From the NCBI RefSeq assembly GCF_009834535.1, contig NC_045701.1:32798001-32862000 (forward strand): a stretch of 64,000 nucleotides of DNA. Direction: 5' to 3'. Positions 23,480-36,000 of this stretch are shown here, piece after piece. The stretch comes from Camelus ferus (taxonomy: Eukaryota). Below the pieces are notes generated by a model. The model worked only from the letters and a program-made list of their open reading frames with translations. It was not told the DNA's origin and did not search any database. The position numbers and the translations under genes were made by a program. Every line of letters starts with the position of its first letter. Position 1 is the stretch's first letter.

Positions 23480-23735
23480 TGGCTTGAAGCCTGGAAGCTG
23501 GAACCACCTGAGGGCTCGCTCACACACACCCAGTGCTTGGTGCTGGCTGCTCACTGAGCACGTTGGTTTCGCTCACTGAGCACGTTGGTTTCTCTCCATG
23601 AGGGCCTCTCGAGTAGTCTCAGTTGTTTGGTTCTCTGCCAGCATGGTGGTTGGCTTCCTCAGAGTGAGTATCTCCTACAGAGCAAGCCGGGCAGAAGCTG
23701 TGTTGTTTTTATTACCTAGATTTTGAAGTCATATG
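23480..23735. mobile_element. Probable MLT1 (ERVL-MaLR) LTR fragment
   Basis: MLT1-like text (ggtttctctccatg..catggtggttggcttcctcagagtgag..agaagctg); family not verified. Confidence 0.4.
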
Positions 23736-24892
23736 GCCTCTATTCTACCATATTCCATCTTGGACGATCGAGTGCTCCCACCAGATTAAAAAAGAAGGGC
23801 TACAGACCCCACCTCCCAGCGGGAGGAGCGATGCAGTCATGTACGAGGAACCTGTGGGGTGGAGACAGACAGTGGCAGTCCCCGCAGAGCACAGCCTACC
23901 TCGGTGCTGCAGGTGCCTGTGGTCAGGGCGCTTGAAACCTCTGCTCTACCTCAGCCTAGTCAGAGCCTTGACTAGGCTGGGGTCTGCTCTGTCCAATCCA
24001 CATATACTGAGAGTGGAAGAAGAACGGCTCTCCCGAAAGTTATTCTCTTTGATGAGTTACTGATACCACGTGAAGTGGGAAAGGATGCCAGGGAGCCAAG
24101 TAGAATTCCCACACCACTGTGCAGAGAATTGCACTTCTAATATCCCTGTACTATTTGCTAAACAAGTTATCCTGATCATGTCCCCGTAATGGAAAAGGAG
24201 GAGAGAGCCATGGAGGTGAAATTATTGTTAGTTCTAAACATCTTGATTGCAAGTCTCTTAAAAAGCAACAAAATTATAGCTAAAGAAAAAGCACATTGTC
24301 AGTAGTGATTCAGGCTGGAGAGCCACAGCAAACAAGAGCTCGGATGAGGACAGGAAGGACATTCTGCCCAGCTGAGAAGGAGGAACTTCTCAGGAGATCC
24401 CACCCCTGCCCTGGGCCTGCTTCCCGGGCTGTGGGAGAGAAATGTCTGCTCAGGAAGGCCCCTCCCTCCCCGGTGGGGGCTCCGTCCTTGAGTGGCAGCC
24501 CAGACTGTGCCTGCCTGGTGTCCGGGACCCGTGGTGTCATCCCCTCCTCTCTGCCATAGGACACAGGGCAAGGAGGTAAGGCACTCTGGCCCCAGGACCA
24601 GAGAGGTTCCTGTCTTCTCCTGATGGTACTCAGCTTCAGCCCTGGCAGAAGGGCAGGCCCTGGAAGCCAGGTGTGGGGGACCTGGGTATAGCTTTGCACG
24701 GGGTTTAGGGAAGTGATGGTGGGAGGGGGGAAGAGGAGGAAGCAGAAACCAGCAGAACAGTGTCATTGGCTTTCGAAGCACAGAGCTGGTGCCTGTGAAT
24801 GGGGGTCAACAAATAAACAAGAAACCAACTCTTCCTGCTCAGCTAAGAGGCTTTATTCCGTTGCTGGCCCCCCAACCCAGTGTGATTCTAGA

Positions 24893-25068
24893 TCAGCTCC
24901 AGGGAAGATGGCCCGGTTCTTGCAGTTGGAGACTTTTCATGGTTTTCTTTATCCAGGGCAGGAAACTTGAGACTTTGGTGCAGGCCCGTGGAGTGGACCC
25001 ATCTTTTTGTCCATAGGAGACAATGCCCTGGGCCACATTGTCACACACGAGAGGGCCCCCGGAGTCCC
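24893..25068 (-). pseudogene. GZMB: Orphan granzyme B exon 5 plus part of intron 4; exons 1-4 absent at this position
   Basis: Matches 46022-46198 (..[13 protein letters not shown].., R226) but is 1 nt short at the acceptor C-run. Homology to GZMB intron 4 stops at 25406. Confidence 0.88.
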
Positions 25069-25824
25069 CTGAGGGCAGAGGGAGGGAAAGGACTGAGCCC
25101 GCTCTCCTCCTGGTCCCACCTTCCCTGCCCTCCCAGGCCCCCTGTCGGGGGAGGCCCCACCTTGCATAGCCTCTACGTAGGAGGTCAGAGGGCAGGGCTG
25201 GCTCCCATGGACCCCTTGGCTGCCAAGCCCTGACCCTGGACATTGTCACTGCTTCACTTCACCCCGGGTGGCAGCTCCTTCTCCTCCCCCAGGTCCCTGA
25301 TCCTCTCCCTATGGAGGTGCTGTGGGATGGTGGCTCCAGGCTGCTGTTTAAGGACAGGGAAGCAGGTGGGTGGGGCTGACACTCAGCGCGGAGGATGAGC
25401 CCTTAAGCAAGTCAAGTTTTCTCTCACAGCAACCAGTAATCAATTAGAACCGCTAAGGCAGGCTCCCTGCTGTGCTTCAATGGCTATTCCACCCCTGGGC
25501 TCAGGAGTCAGAGCTATTGTCCTCCTGTCCTGAGCAGGACTGACCCCTCTCTTCTTGTGCCACTGCACTAGTCTTGAGCACGTTGAGGTACACAGACTTG
25601 TGTGGTGTGGGAGCAGCCGTTTGTGGCTGACGTTCAGCAAGACTTGTGATGCTGTCCCGCTTCTTATCTGCTCCAGGTATCTGTCATGCAGAAGTGAGTG
25701 AGGGATGGTCTCCCCTGCATCTCAGATCAAAGCTCCACAGATGCAGATCTTCTCTTATCGAGGTGGACTGTCACAAGGGCCCAGTGCGGCCCCAACTGCC
25801 TCTCTAGCTCATGCATCCGAACTG

Positions 25825-26005
25825 CCGGTTCTCAACTGAGGGTGATTCCTTCCCAGCTTCCTCACCCACCCCTCACACACCCCTGGGGGACATTTAGGCA
25901 ATGCCTGGACATGTTTTTGGTTCCTAACTTGGTGGTGGAGAGGGGGCTGTTGCTACCAGCGTCTAGTGGGGAGAGGTCAGGATGCTCTAAATACCTACCA
26001 ATTCG
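25825..26005 (+). mobile_element. MER20-like hAT-Charlie DNA transposon relic
   Basis: ggttctcaact..ggggacatttaggcaatgcctggacatgtttttgg..gcgtctagtggggagaggtcaggatgctctaaa follows the MER20 consensus as recalled. Confidence 0.6.
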
Positions 26006-26465
26006 AAATGTTCTTAGTGCTTTTGAATATCCCTTAAAGGTAAATCACGATCTGCTGTTGGTTGATGGTGAGTCAAGGAAGGATCTGGTGTCATTCTGTT
26101 TAAGCTTGGACATGAGGGTCCTGCCTCTCAAGGAATCCCTTCTCTTCTTTCTTCCCTCTTTTTCTTCATGTTTTCCTCTCTGACTCTGACACACCGACTC
26201 CTTTCAAGGCTTTTAGAGCCTGATGCTGGGAGGAGAGAGCTGCAGAGGGAGGAGAGAGCTGCAGAGGGAGGAGACACAAACTCAAGTCTGGAAACTGGGG
26301 TCTTTATGGAGACTGGGAATTCTGTGATCTGGAGGAACCTTCTTGAGGCTTAGGGGTGTGGCAGGACTTCCACAGGAACCAGAGGCAGACACCAAGCGTG
26401 AGTGGCACAGACAGCATGATCGGACTCCAGATCCAGATTTCCCCTCAGGTGGCCCAGGCTCCAGG

Positions 26466-27501
26466 TTAATCCTCCTTCGGACCTCATGATCCAGGGTGGT
26501 GATGGGAGATCCGGGTGACGACAGCAGGGGGCTTTGCATGTGACCGTCCATAGGAGACAATTGCCCTGGGCCACCCAGCACACAGAAGAGGGCCCCCTGA
26601 GTCTCCCTGTGGGACGGAGAGTGAGAGGGAGAGAGGGAGAAGGTGAGCCAGGGAAACCACCCACTCCTTCCCGTGGTCCCAACTCTGAGTTGGTCAGACC
26701 TAGCATCAGATCCAGAGCCCGGTTCCTCATGGGGTGATATATCTCAGTCTGATTCTGCTTCTTCCTCTCCTTCATGACACCCCATGACTTCTGTGCCCCA
26801 GCCTGGGAAGGATGCTCAGAGACTGCCTGGGGCTGTGGAAGGACAGTCGGCAGAGGGAAAATTCTAGCTCCTCAGTCCTACGATCTCAAACTTTGTCACC
26901 GCTGACAAATTTCTGACTCCATCTCCTTCCCGGAGATGTATGGACCCTGAACAGTGATTTGTGGAGAAGACCTTGGTCTGAGGATCACCTTAAATGCAGA
27001 TTTTGTCTTCCGGGGTCTGCCCACACACAACTGGAGGCCGTGGTCAAAAGTAGTGAAGAGTCTGCAGGCCCGGGGCTCCAGGACTCTCAGCTTCACCCCT
27101 CGCGGAGTGTTGCAGCCCCATCCCTCTGCTCAGGTTCCTCCCCAGCCAGCCGCCCAGCACAGGCACACTGCCCCGGGTGGGAGGAAGCTGAATTGGGGTG
27201 GAAGGGGGAGCATCCCCACGGCAGGGTCAGGTTGGCTTTCTCCCCCGGCTGTAAAGGGATGAGCGTGTCAGTGCTAGAAGTGGGTTTGGGAGCAGTTGGA
27301 GGCAATCAGGGAAGGACGGGGCAAGTTGCTCCCCATTACAGCCACTTCCAGAGGGGGGAGTTGTGGGAGAGTCAGGTTGGGGAAGTGTCAGAGCAATGGA
27401 ACCTGAAGAAGCAGCCTAGACAGCAGGAAGGGGAGAAGGAAGCCCTAGGGAACAGGAAGGGGAGAAGGGGAAGAAGAATTTGCACCTTCAGTAACATGAT
27501 G
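26466..27501 (-). pseudogene. CMA1: Mast-cell chymase pseudogene fragment (end of exon 3, exons 4 and 5), cut off by the N gap
   Basis: Exon 3 end IMLLK|gt (27486). Exon 4 27248-26989 reads [23 protein letters not shown]. Exon 5 from 26606 reads [28 protein letters not shown]. In-frame TGA at 27132-27130 and several frameshifts. Confidence 0.82.
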
Positions 27502-27601
27502 NNNNNNNNNNNNNNNNNNNNNNNNNNNNNNNNNNNNNNNNNNNNNNNNNNNNNNNNNNNNNNNNNNNNNNNNNNNNNNNNNNNNNNNNNNNNNNNNNNN
27601 N
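27502..27601. other. Assembly gap (100 N, typical unknown-size placeholder)
   Basis: N run. Confidence 0.99.
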
Positions 27602-27705
27602 TAGCTGGGAGGTTCTTCTACATCCATCAAATGTTAACTACTCCTCACAGTGTGAATTTTGCCATCTCAACTTCTGCAGTGTCCATTATCTTAAATGGAA
27701 TAATC

Positions 27706-28294
27706 ACTGAACACAAATCAAATGGAAAGCGCACTCCCCTGGGAGTTTGCTGGGGACCAGGTCGGTGCTCCGGGCCTCCTGTAAATGTCAGAAGGAGGAA
27801 GGGCTGCACGGAACAGGGCTCTTCCTCTGCCCTCTCCTCCCCCTTCCACCAGCAAGCGCGCTTTCCATGTGCCACGCAAACATCTAATAATGAGACTGTT
27901 CTCCTTGAGAATATATAAGTAAGAAAAAATTCCTATTCGTAGGTGGTGGCAAATATAGCAAAAATAACTGAGTATTGGCAAAGATGTATTGTTGATTAAA
28001 ATTTTGTCAATAAATCCTTATACTGAACACTAGGCAAATGACTTTCTGACAAGAAATGTCTATAAAAGAATGATCAAATTTACCAAGCATTTCTATGTAT
28101 AGCCAGTTGGATTCCAAAAAGTTTCATTTTGAAAAAAAAAAAATTCATTTGGATGTCAATTTAAAGAAGATTGCATTTAAAAGGAGGAACGAGCCAGCTA
28201 GGAGTGAAACTAAAATGTTCTGATCCACAGTCAGATGCATTATCCATTGTGACCCTGGCTACCCATTGCCAGTTGGATTTGATATCTGTTTATA
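27706..28294 (-). repeat. Second copy of the palindrome spacer in opposite orientation, preceded by 103 bp of arm (27603-27705)
   Basis: Reverse complement of 6555-7144 with one 1-nt deletion. Confidence 0.93.
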
Positions 28295-29413
28295 GATTAT
28301 TCCATTTAAGATTATGGACACTGCAGAAGTTGAGATGGCAAAATTCACACTGTGAGGAGTAGTTAACATTTGATGGATGTAGAAGAACCTCCCAGCTGGT
28401 TCTTTCTCGTTCCCTCAAGGTGTTAAAAGTTTAGGTTTAAATTATGTGACTTCAGAACTCTTTTATTTGATTACCACATTGATGTAGTAGTCATGGGCTA
28501 TTCTTTAGCATAAAAGTCATTTTATTTTAGTGAACACATTGTGTAGAGTTTTGTATAATTTTAGGGTGACAAAACCAGAAGGAGACCCTCGTCACACTGA
28601 AAATGAGAACACCGGCCGAGAGCGCAGTGGGGCTGGTGTGGGTAAGGGCTTAGGAGAAAAGGGTCCAGCTGTCCGTAGACACTTGGGTTGCTCCCATCTC
28701 TTGGCCACCGTGAATAGCGCTGCTTTCAACATGGGTGTTTGTTAGATATTTTTACGAAAGTAAATTTTTTGTCTTTCTTCTAGTACTCGCTTGGTGTGAC
28801 TTTTCACATTTAGCTCTTTGATCCCATTTGAGGTGTTATTTCGGTTTATGATGAGAAGCCCGGATCCAGCTTTATCTTTTCTCCCCAAATGACTATCAGT
28901 TTGTTTAGACAGCATCTATTAAGAGTTCACTGTTTCCCAGTGATTTGAGACGCCACGTGACCCACATGTTAAAGTGGGCCGCGTGTGGAATTTCAGTTCT
29001 GTTCTTTGGTCGGCCAGTCCTACCCACGCCGATGGCACACGGTTTGGGGTACACCTTAACACCTAGCGGGGAGTCTCTGGGAGGGTAACAATAAGGAGCC
29101 TTGCTCTGGGGAGAGAGATGTCTCTCCATCACTCCCTGAGGCTGTGGGTGGAGCAGTGACAGAGGAAGGGAGGACGCTCATCCTGACCCCCAGGACGGTA
29201 GGGACAGGGGTTTGCATGTCCTGGGCAAGAGACCCTATTTTCCGGGAGGAGCTCAGACTCAGTCCTGGTGTACATTTATTGTGTTCTGAATCATGTTTAC
29301 GAACAAATGAGAAATCAGTTTATTTCGGCTCTAGGCTTAGACATTTATTAAGGCTCTGGGAACCACCGTGGAGCTGGGCCTCTGCCCCAGAAAGAGTCAG
29401 TTTCAGTGGGGTC

Positions 29414-31976
29414 TCAGTCTGTCCCCGCTTTGCAAAGCGTCTCATTGTTCTCCTTATCCAGTGCTGGAAGCTGGAAACCCTGGTGAAGACTGCTGGAGGA
29501 GTTCCCAACTGATTTCCATAGGAGACAATGCCCTGGGCCATGTTGTTACACACCAGGGGGCCTCCAGAGTCTCCCTGTGGAAACAGAGGAAGGGACGCTA
29601 AGCCAGGCCTCCCCCCTCCAGGGCTCCCACTCCTGCTGCCCTAGGTCTGGCCCTCAGAGAAGACAGGGGTGGGTGGGCTCCTTCCATTGCTGGGTGTGTG
29701 TGAGATGGCTGGGTGGTGGGGGTACAGAAGTCAAGCTTCTGGATTTTTCCATCACTGGCCTTCAGCCCTGGCTGAGGTTACTTCTCCAGGCAACCCAGGT
29801 CAGGTACCTTCACCCTCCCCAGGAGAAGGCTGCACTTGTGTGTCCTGTGTGTCTGCTGCTCCTCCTGGTCCCCAGAGACAGGATTGATGGGAAAAGCCCC
29901 CACCTCACTCTGGTCTGGGTTCCAGACTGAGGCCACAAGGATGTAGTCTGTCCCCAGTACCCAGTCTGCCCAGCCCCTTCTGTCTCATGCAGGGTTTCGT
30001 GATGCCCATGGTCTTACCAGGAAGGCAGACTTCATTTCTCTTGGGTCCCCCACACAAATCTGCGTTTGGCCAGTGTAGAAATCGAAGCGTCTGTGACACT
30101 CCCCATCCCTCTGCACTCTTAGCTGCACAACCCGGAGTGTGTCTGTCCTCCTGTTTCAGGCCGACCAGGCCCCAGCCGGTCGCGGTGCACACGGTCCCCG
30201 GACTCAGCCTGCTCTGGCTCTGAGGCAGGGCCACTGGCATCACGGCTCGATTCCGCCTGACTCTGCTCGCCAGCTGGCCGGAGGAGGGCAGGCACTCAGG
30301 GGCCACGTATGCCGACCTCACCCCCGTGCCCACCAGTGCCCTGGGCATCTGCCCCTGCTTCCTCCTCCCTGGTCCCAGACCCATGAGGCTCCAGCTGGGA
30401 GCAAGCCATGTGGGCTGAAGAAAGCAGAGGGTCAGGCAGGCGGTACCTGCAGTAACATGATGTCGTTCTGGTTGTTCTGCTGATTGTATCTGGGGTGGCG
30501 GATGGCTCTGCGCACAGATACTTGCTGCTGGGTGCTTTCAGACCTGCTGATGTTGTGGGCCCCCAGGATCACATTCATTTGGCTGCAGAGGAAGGGAGGC
30601 TAGAGGTAGGTATGAGCTGCTGCAGGAGCTCAGGTCCGCAGCTCTGCGGGCCAGGGGAACAGCCCAGGCAGGAGACTGCAGCTGAGGGAACTGAGGAGAG
30701 GGTGGGGTTGGGGCTGATTGACCTGTGCCCCAGCCTTGAGCTGGGGATGGGGGTATGCAGAGCTCTTAAGTTTTGCCTCCCCCAGAATAACAGAGAAAGA
30801 ACTTGAATCCCTATTCTGAGCCCTGATGTGTGCCTTCGATCTCCCCTTCTGCTCTTTTTTTTATCACGTCCTCCTTTTCTCCCCATTTGCACTGGCCACC
30901 CCCTGCCCCCAAGACCCACCTGGTCTGTTTTGACCCCTTCCTGGCTAGAACCCTGCTTACAGATGGCTCCCTCGTGAACTCTTCTGGGTCTGCCTTACTG
31001 GCTGCCAGAAGCTCCTTAGTTCCTCACCTTCCCAAGCAGCGAGCCGCTGTCATGACAAAGTCTTCTCGCACCAGGAATCCTCCACAAATGGTTGCCCCCA
31101 CTTGAGTCTGGATCTGAACATATGCCATGTAGGGGAAGGAATGGGGCCTGGCTTCTTGTCCTCCGATGATCTTCCCTGAAAGGAAGCATTAGGCACTTAT
31201 CTCTGCACTGGTGGTGGTGGGGGGGGGGGGGATGTGGGCATCAGTTTGGTGACTCCCGAAAGCCGGGAAGATTGGGATGCAGGAGAGATGATTGAGGCAC
31301 AGGGAGGTTGGTGGTGGGAATTGGGGTCTGCAGAGCAGCAGCACTGGGAGAGGGCTCCAGATTCTGCAGGAAGCACTGCTGACTCCCCATCCCAGCCTCT
31401 GCTCCCTCCCACCTCCCCACAAGGCAGGGCCAGGTCCAGCCCCCAGAAGGAGGAGGGTTTTCTCTGCTGTCAGGATGGCAAATCCAGAGCCCTCTGGAGT
31501 GGCCTCTCCCTGAACCTCTGTGGTACTATCTTCCTCAGGGAGCGTCCCAGATCCCTGGGAGTCCAGCTCAAGGCCCGCCCGGGCCCAGCACGTGACTGGT
31601 GTTTAAGGATCTAGACGTGGGCTGATGCGGCTGCTATCGCTGTGTCTTCCTCTCCTAGGCTCTGCCCCACGAGCTGCAGAAGGAGTGTGGACGCCACCGA
31701 GAACAGCAAGTACTGTATCCCAGGGGCAATTCCAAGAGCTTTCTCTGCGGGAGGTACTCTCACTCTCAGTGATTCTCTGAGGTAGGCGTTGACAGAATCC
31801 CTGTTTTACAGATGAGAAAGCTGAGGAGCTGTGAACTCCCATGAGCTGCCCAATGGTACAGCGTTAGGAGGTGCCTGGGCGGTCTGGGCCCAGCGTCTAT
31901 GGGACGGAGAAGGTTACTCACCTGCCCTCGCCCTGGGGGGCAGGAGCAAGACCACCAGGAGCAGGAGTGGCCGCAT
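29414..31976 (-). pseudogene. CTSG: Third cathepsin G copy (right-arm type, His57Arg) with frameshifts that are probably sequence errors
   Basis: Exons 31976-31922, 31175-31028, 30582-30447, 30273-30018 (256 nt, +1 T at ~30155), 29574-29414 (-1 G near the stop). CGC at 31041-31039. Confidence 0.85.
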
Positions 31977-32354
31977 CTTCCTGGGAAGGCCGGCCAGGCA
32001 GTTGCTGCTGGTGCTTCCTCCTGCCAGACTTTGAGCCCCTGAGAGAGGAAGGAAGGGGAGGTGGGGGCTGGAGAATCCGCAGCCCCATCCCCTGCTGCTG
32101 TGCTAGATTTCATCACCCAAGGGTGCCCACGGGGCTAGCCCACCAACTGCCCGTGGTGTGGGGAAAGAGGGCCCCCCAGGCTGTCACCCAATACCCTGTA
32201 GAGCTGCTGAGTCAGTGCCGGGAGCAGAAATGGGAACCCAGGGCCCCAAGGACGGGGGCTGGGGCGCTGTGTCCCAAAGCCCCAAACCCACCAAATTCAG
32301 TAACCTCCCAAGGAGCCTGAAAGCTGGTAGCTGTCTGTTTCCTCATTTCCTCTC

Positions 32355-33037
32355 GCTTCCGAGCACAGTTTTGCCTGCCAGGCGCCATGAGGCCAAGTAA
32401 TACAGAAACGTCCGAGTTTGGAGCAGAGAAAGGTGTACTGCAGGGCTGAGCAAGGAGAACAGGGGACACACGTCTGAAAAACCCTGGAAGCCCCCAGAGG
32501 TTTCAGCAAGGCATTTTTAAAGGCCAGGTGAGGGAGGGGCGTCCCAGGGCGTGTGATCGGCTCATGCACAGTTCTCTGATTGGATGACGTGAGGTAACAC
32601 AGCTGTTAATATTATCAGTCCCCAGGACAAGAAGGTCTGGGGGCCTCGTGCTCATGATCATCAGATAGTTCATTTTTTCCATTTGGTGGAGGTTTGTAGC
32701 GTCGGAAACCTCAGGAAACATGCATAGGACATTATCTGGGCACTTCAGAGGGGAGCCACAGCAGAGGACCGGGCGTGGGGGGAGGGGGTCTGTCCCAGGG
32801 AGGCCCCATAGGGTCCTGCTGGATACACTCTCCCCCTGGGACTGGAGCCTGCTTGTCTTCTCATCTGTCCTGGCCCCCTGCTCAGACCATGGCTACTTCC
32901 ACTTCTTTCTAGAACTTGTCAAGCAGATTGAGCAGCTCTCTCTCCTGAGCAGGTGGACGGCACTGCCAGGGAAAGAGCAGGGAAGAACGAGGCTCTGCCC
33001 CTGACCGTTACCGTCCCAGGTCACTTGAGCCCCAACA
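32355..33037 (-). mobile_element. ERV1-like solo LTR (third copy)
   Basis: Duplicate of 11207-11887. Confidence 0.6.
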
Positions 33038-36000
33038 GACTCAGTGGAAATCACAACACTGCGAAAGACCCCAATTTTCCTGCTTCCTCCTCAGGGTGAA
33101 GGCTTTTGTGTCCCACAGGGACATGGTTGCAAAAATATCAGAAGAGGAAACTAATACAATTCTCAGTTGTTTATGAATTGTGATAAGCCCTCTTGAAAAT
33201 CTTATGAAAGTTAAGGATTTTCTCCCTGTCCGTAAACACACACAGCTTAGCACTTACTTCAAAGCTGCAAAGAACTTAGTCCTTTCTCTAATACATGTAT
33301 TGTGTCTTAGGTGTATTATGGTTACAGCTCATGAAATGTGTTTCTGTATCTGAGAAGTACTAAGCAGAAAGCAGGGCAAAGGGGAAATAGTGTAACAGCT
33401 GTGTAAGTGCCTGAGCATTAGGAGATCTGAATTTATTCTTACTTAAATTTTTCAGCACTTTATTTTGTTTTAAAAACATTAACACAACTTTAAAAGAAGA
33501 GAGAGAGAGAAAAGGATAAAGAATAGAGTGCAAAGAAAGGGGAGTGAAAATAGGCACCCAGTGATCGGAGTTGAGACATGGGTAGCAGCGCATCGCCAGG
33601 GGCTGCGATTTCACTCCATCTTCCTACCAAAAACAACCAAAACTAACCCGAGGAAAAGGTCTCAAACTCTTCAAAGCTTTGAAGAACTGCCAAAGCAAGA
33701 GTGATTACCAGGCCACAACTGAAGGAACAATGGGAGTTCACTCAGACAGCTACTATTGTTCTGAGGAAATTTACTGAACACACAAAATTTGAACTTCTCT
33801 TGATGAGCACGTAAGGTGAGCGGCACGGAAACGACAGACCAAGACCCACACGAGCAGCTCTAACCAGACCCTCTGCGCGGTGATCTGGGGACTCGTAGGT
33901 CTACAAGCTCACACTGACAACGAAGAGTTAATCGGCTAATCCTTGCATGTAATTTCATGAAAGATGGAATTACCTGGACTTTCATGAACTCCCCAAGCTT
34001 GAACTTCCGTTCATGTGCTTATGAACTGTTTCCCAAGTGCTTGGCAGAATCAAATGCAAGTGTAGAGGAAATTCACTTAACTCCAGTATTTAAATTTTCA
34101 AGTGTAGTAACAGGCATGTAGTCAAATACATTACTTATGACCTGAACGTACCTAGAGAACATTCTTCCATATGGCAAATGTCATTCTGTGTTGTGACTTT
34201 AAAGTTTCCATAGCGTTCAAGCTATAAAAAATTTTAAAAGCTTATCCCCAATGTAGTGCTGGATTAAGTACTGTTTCTAAGATGTCACTTGTGTAAGGTG
34301 TTTAGGCATTACCTTCTCCACTTTTCTCTGTGTGGTTGATGACGACATCAGACTCCTTTTTCCGTTTTTTTTTAGGACCTTTAGGTACAGGTGTGAAAGT
34401 GCCACTTTCTCTGTGTAATTGCTGAATCTCAGTGTTATCATTTTGTCATCCTTTTCAATCAGATAAGCAAAATGGTTAATATTTTTAATTTGCATTGATT
34501 AATTGGCGAGCTTTTGCTTTTCCTCAAATATTTATTAGGTTTTTAAAAATAACTTGCCTACTAATGTTCTTAGCCTAGATTTCGTTCTTTTGTTTTCTCA
34601 GCCTAGTTTCTAGAGTGGGGATAATGTAGACGGTAAAGGCTGCATGATATACAATGTGAATGTGTAATATTTTACTAGCTCCCTATTTTGGACATCAACA
34701 CTGATTCCATTTTGAGATCTTTTATTAAGTAATGGTGTGATGAACATCTCTGTGAGTAACCCTTTTATACACCCCCCACAAACACACACTTTAGACCTAA
34801 CGCAGGATAAAGTCCTAGAAATAAAATCACTAGAAGAAAGAGAGAAATAATGTAAACACACACAGAAATCGTTCCAAGGAGCCACCCAGGGCAGTCCGGT
34901 CTTCATGAAGCTACAGTCTTTATATGGTAATAGTTTTCCTCCTAATCTACCTCACACTATGTCAAGTCCTACTGCCAGGTGTAAGGGGGCAGGCTGACCC
35001 GTCAGACACCGCCTCGCAAGTCCACACACCCTTGCCCGTAGCGGTGGATATCCTTGGCCACTCTGCCGCTGGTTCTGGCTCACACCCTGGGACAGACTTA
35101 TCTTTATTTATATTACATGTAGGGGCATGAACCTCAGTCCAGAAACCCAGGAAATGCCTCGTTTCAAGGGGAAGACAGTTTGCTGTGACCCAGATGTCCT
35201 GTATCTATCAAACAGTACCGCCAGTGAGTTGGATGTGACAGAACACAACAAATTCACAGTAACTGGACAAACACTGAATTGAGTGAGATGAACATCAAGA
35301 AGAGAAGGCTCTAAAAACAATAGCAAATGAATCACATGTGTATGAAAGCAAAATCCAGCACCCTCAAAAATAAGACGAAAAGAAATTGAAACACTGTAAC
35401 TGACTATACTTCAATAAGAATTTTTTAAATTAAGAAAATACTGTATAAAGGAAATAAAAGCTTATGCTTCCCACAAGACAGCCCATAAGGCCTTCTGCTG
35501 AGTCTTCCCCGGAGCTCACAGCCCCCGCAGAGGCACATTTGAGAGAAGAGTTGGATGAGGGTCCAGGGGAACGTAGAAGAAATTTCTCATCACTGTAAGT
35601 TTCCCAATGACGGGGACAGAGCCTGTTATGTGCTGGCACAAAGAGAGGGATCAACCCTTGACTACTGATGGATGGCGAAGTGGTGCTTTCCTGCCCAGCA
35701 GCCCTGGGTCCCTTTGGCTCACAAGGCTGCCATATCCCAGGCCGCCAGCAGGGGGAGGCAGGGGTCTGAGTCCAGGACAGGCTGAAGGCCTGAGGCTGCT
35801 GGGAGTCTCCACAGGCCTTGGTGCTGCCTAAGCCCCTGGGGCGTGCTGGGCTGGACCGAGGGCCTGAGCTGGCCTGCCCAGGTGGGAGGTGGGTTCTGGC
35901 TTCTCTGATAAGCACCAGGTGGGCTGGCAGCTCAGCTAAGGCAGGGACAAGCAGTGGAGGAGAACTCACACGGGCAATGGGACCTCTGCTGGGGAGAAGG

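Noticed and set aside
26959-27918. 319-aa ORF
   Set aside because: It runs through the 100-N gap, joining the antisense strand of the chymase pseudogene to the spacer; an artefact
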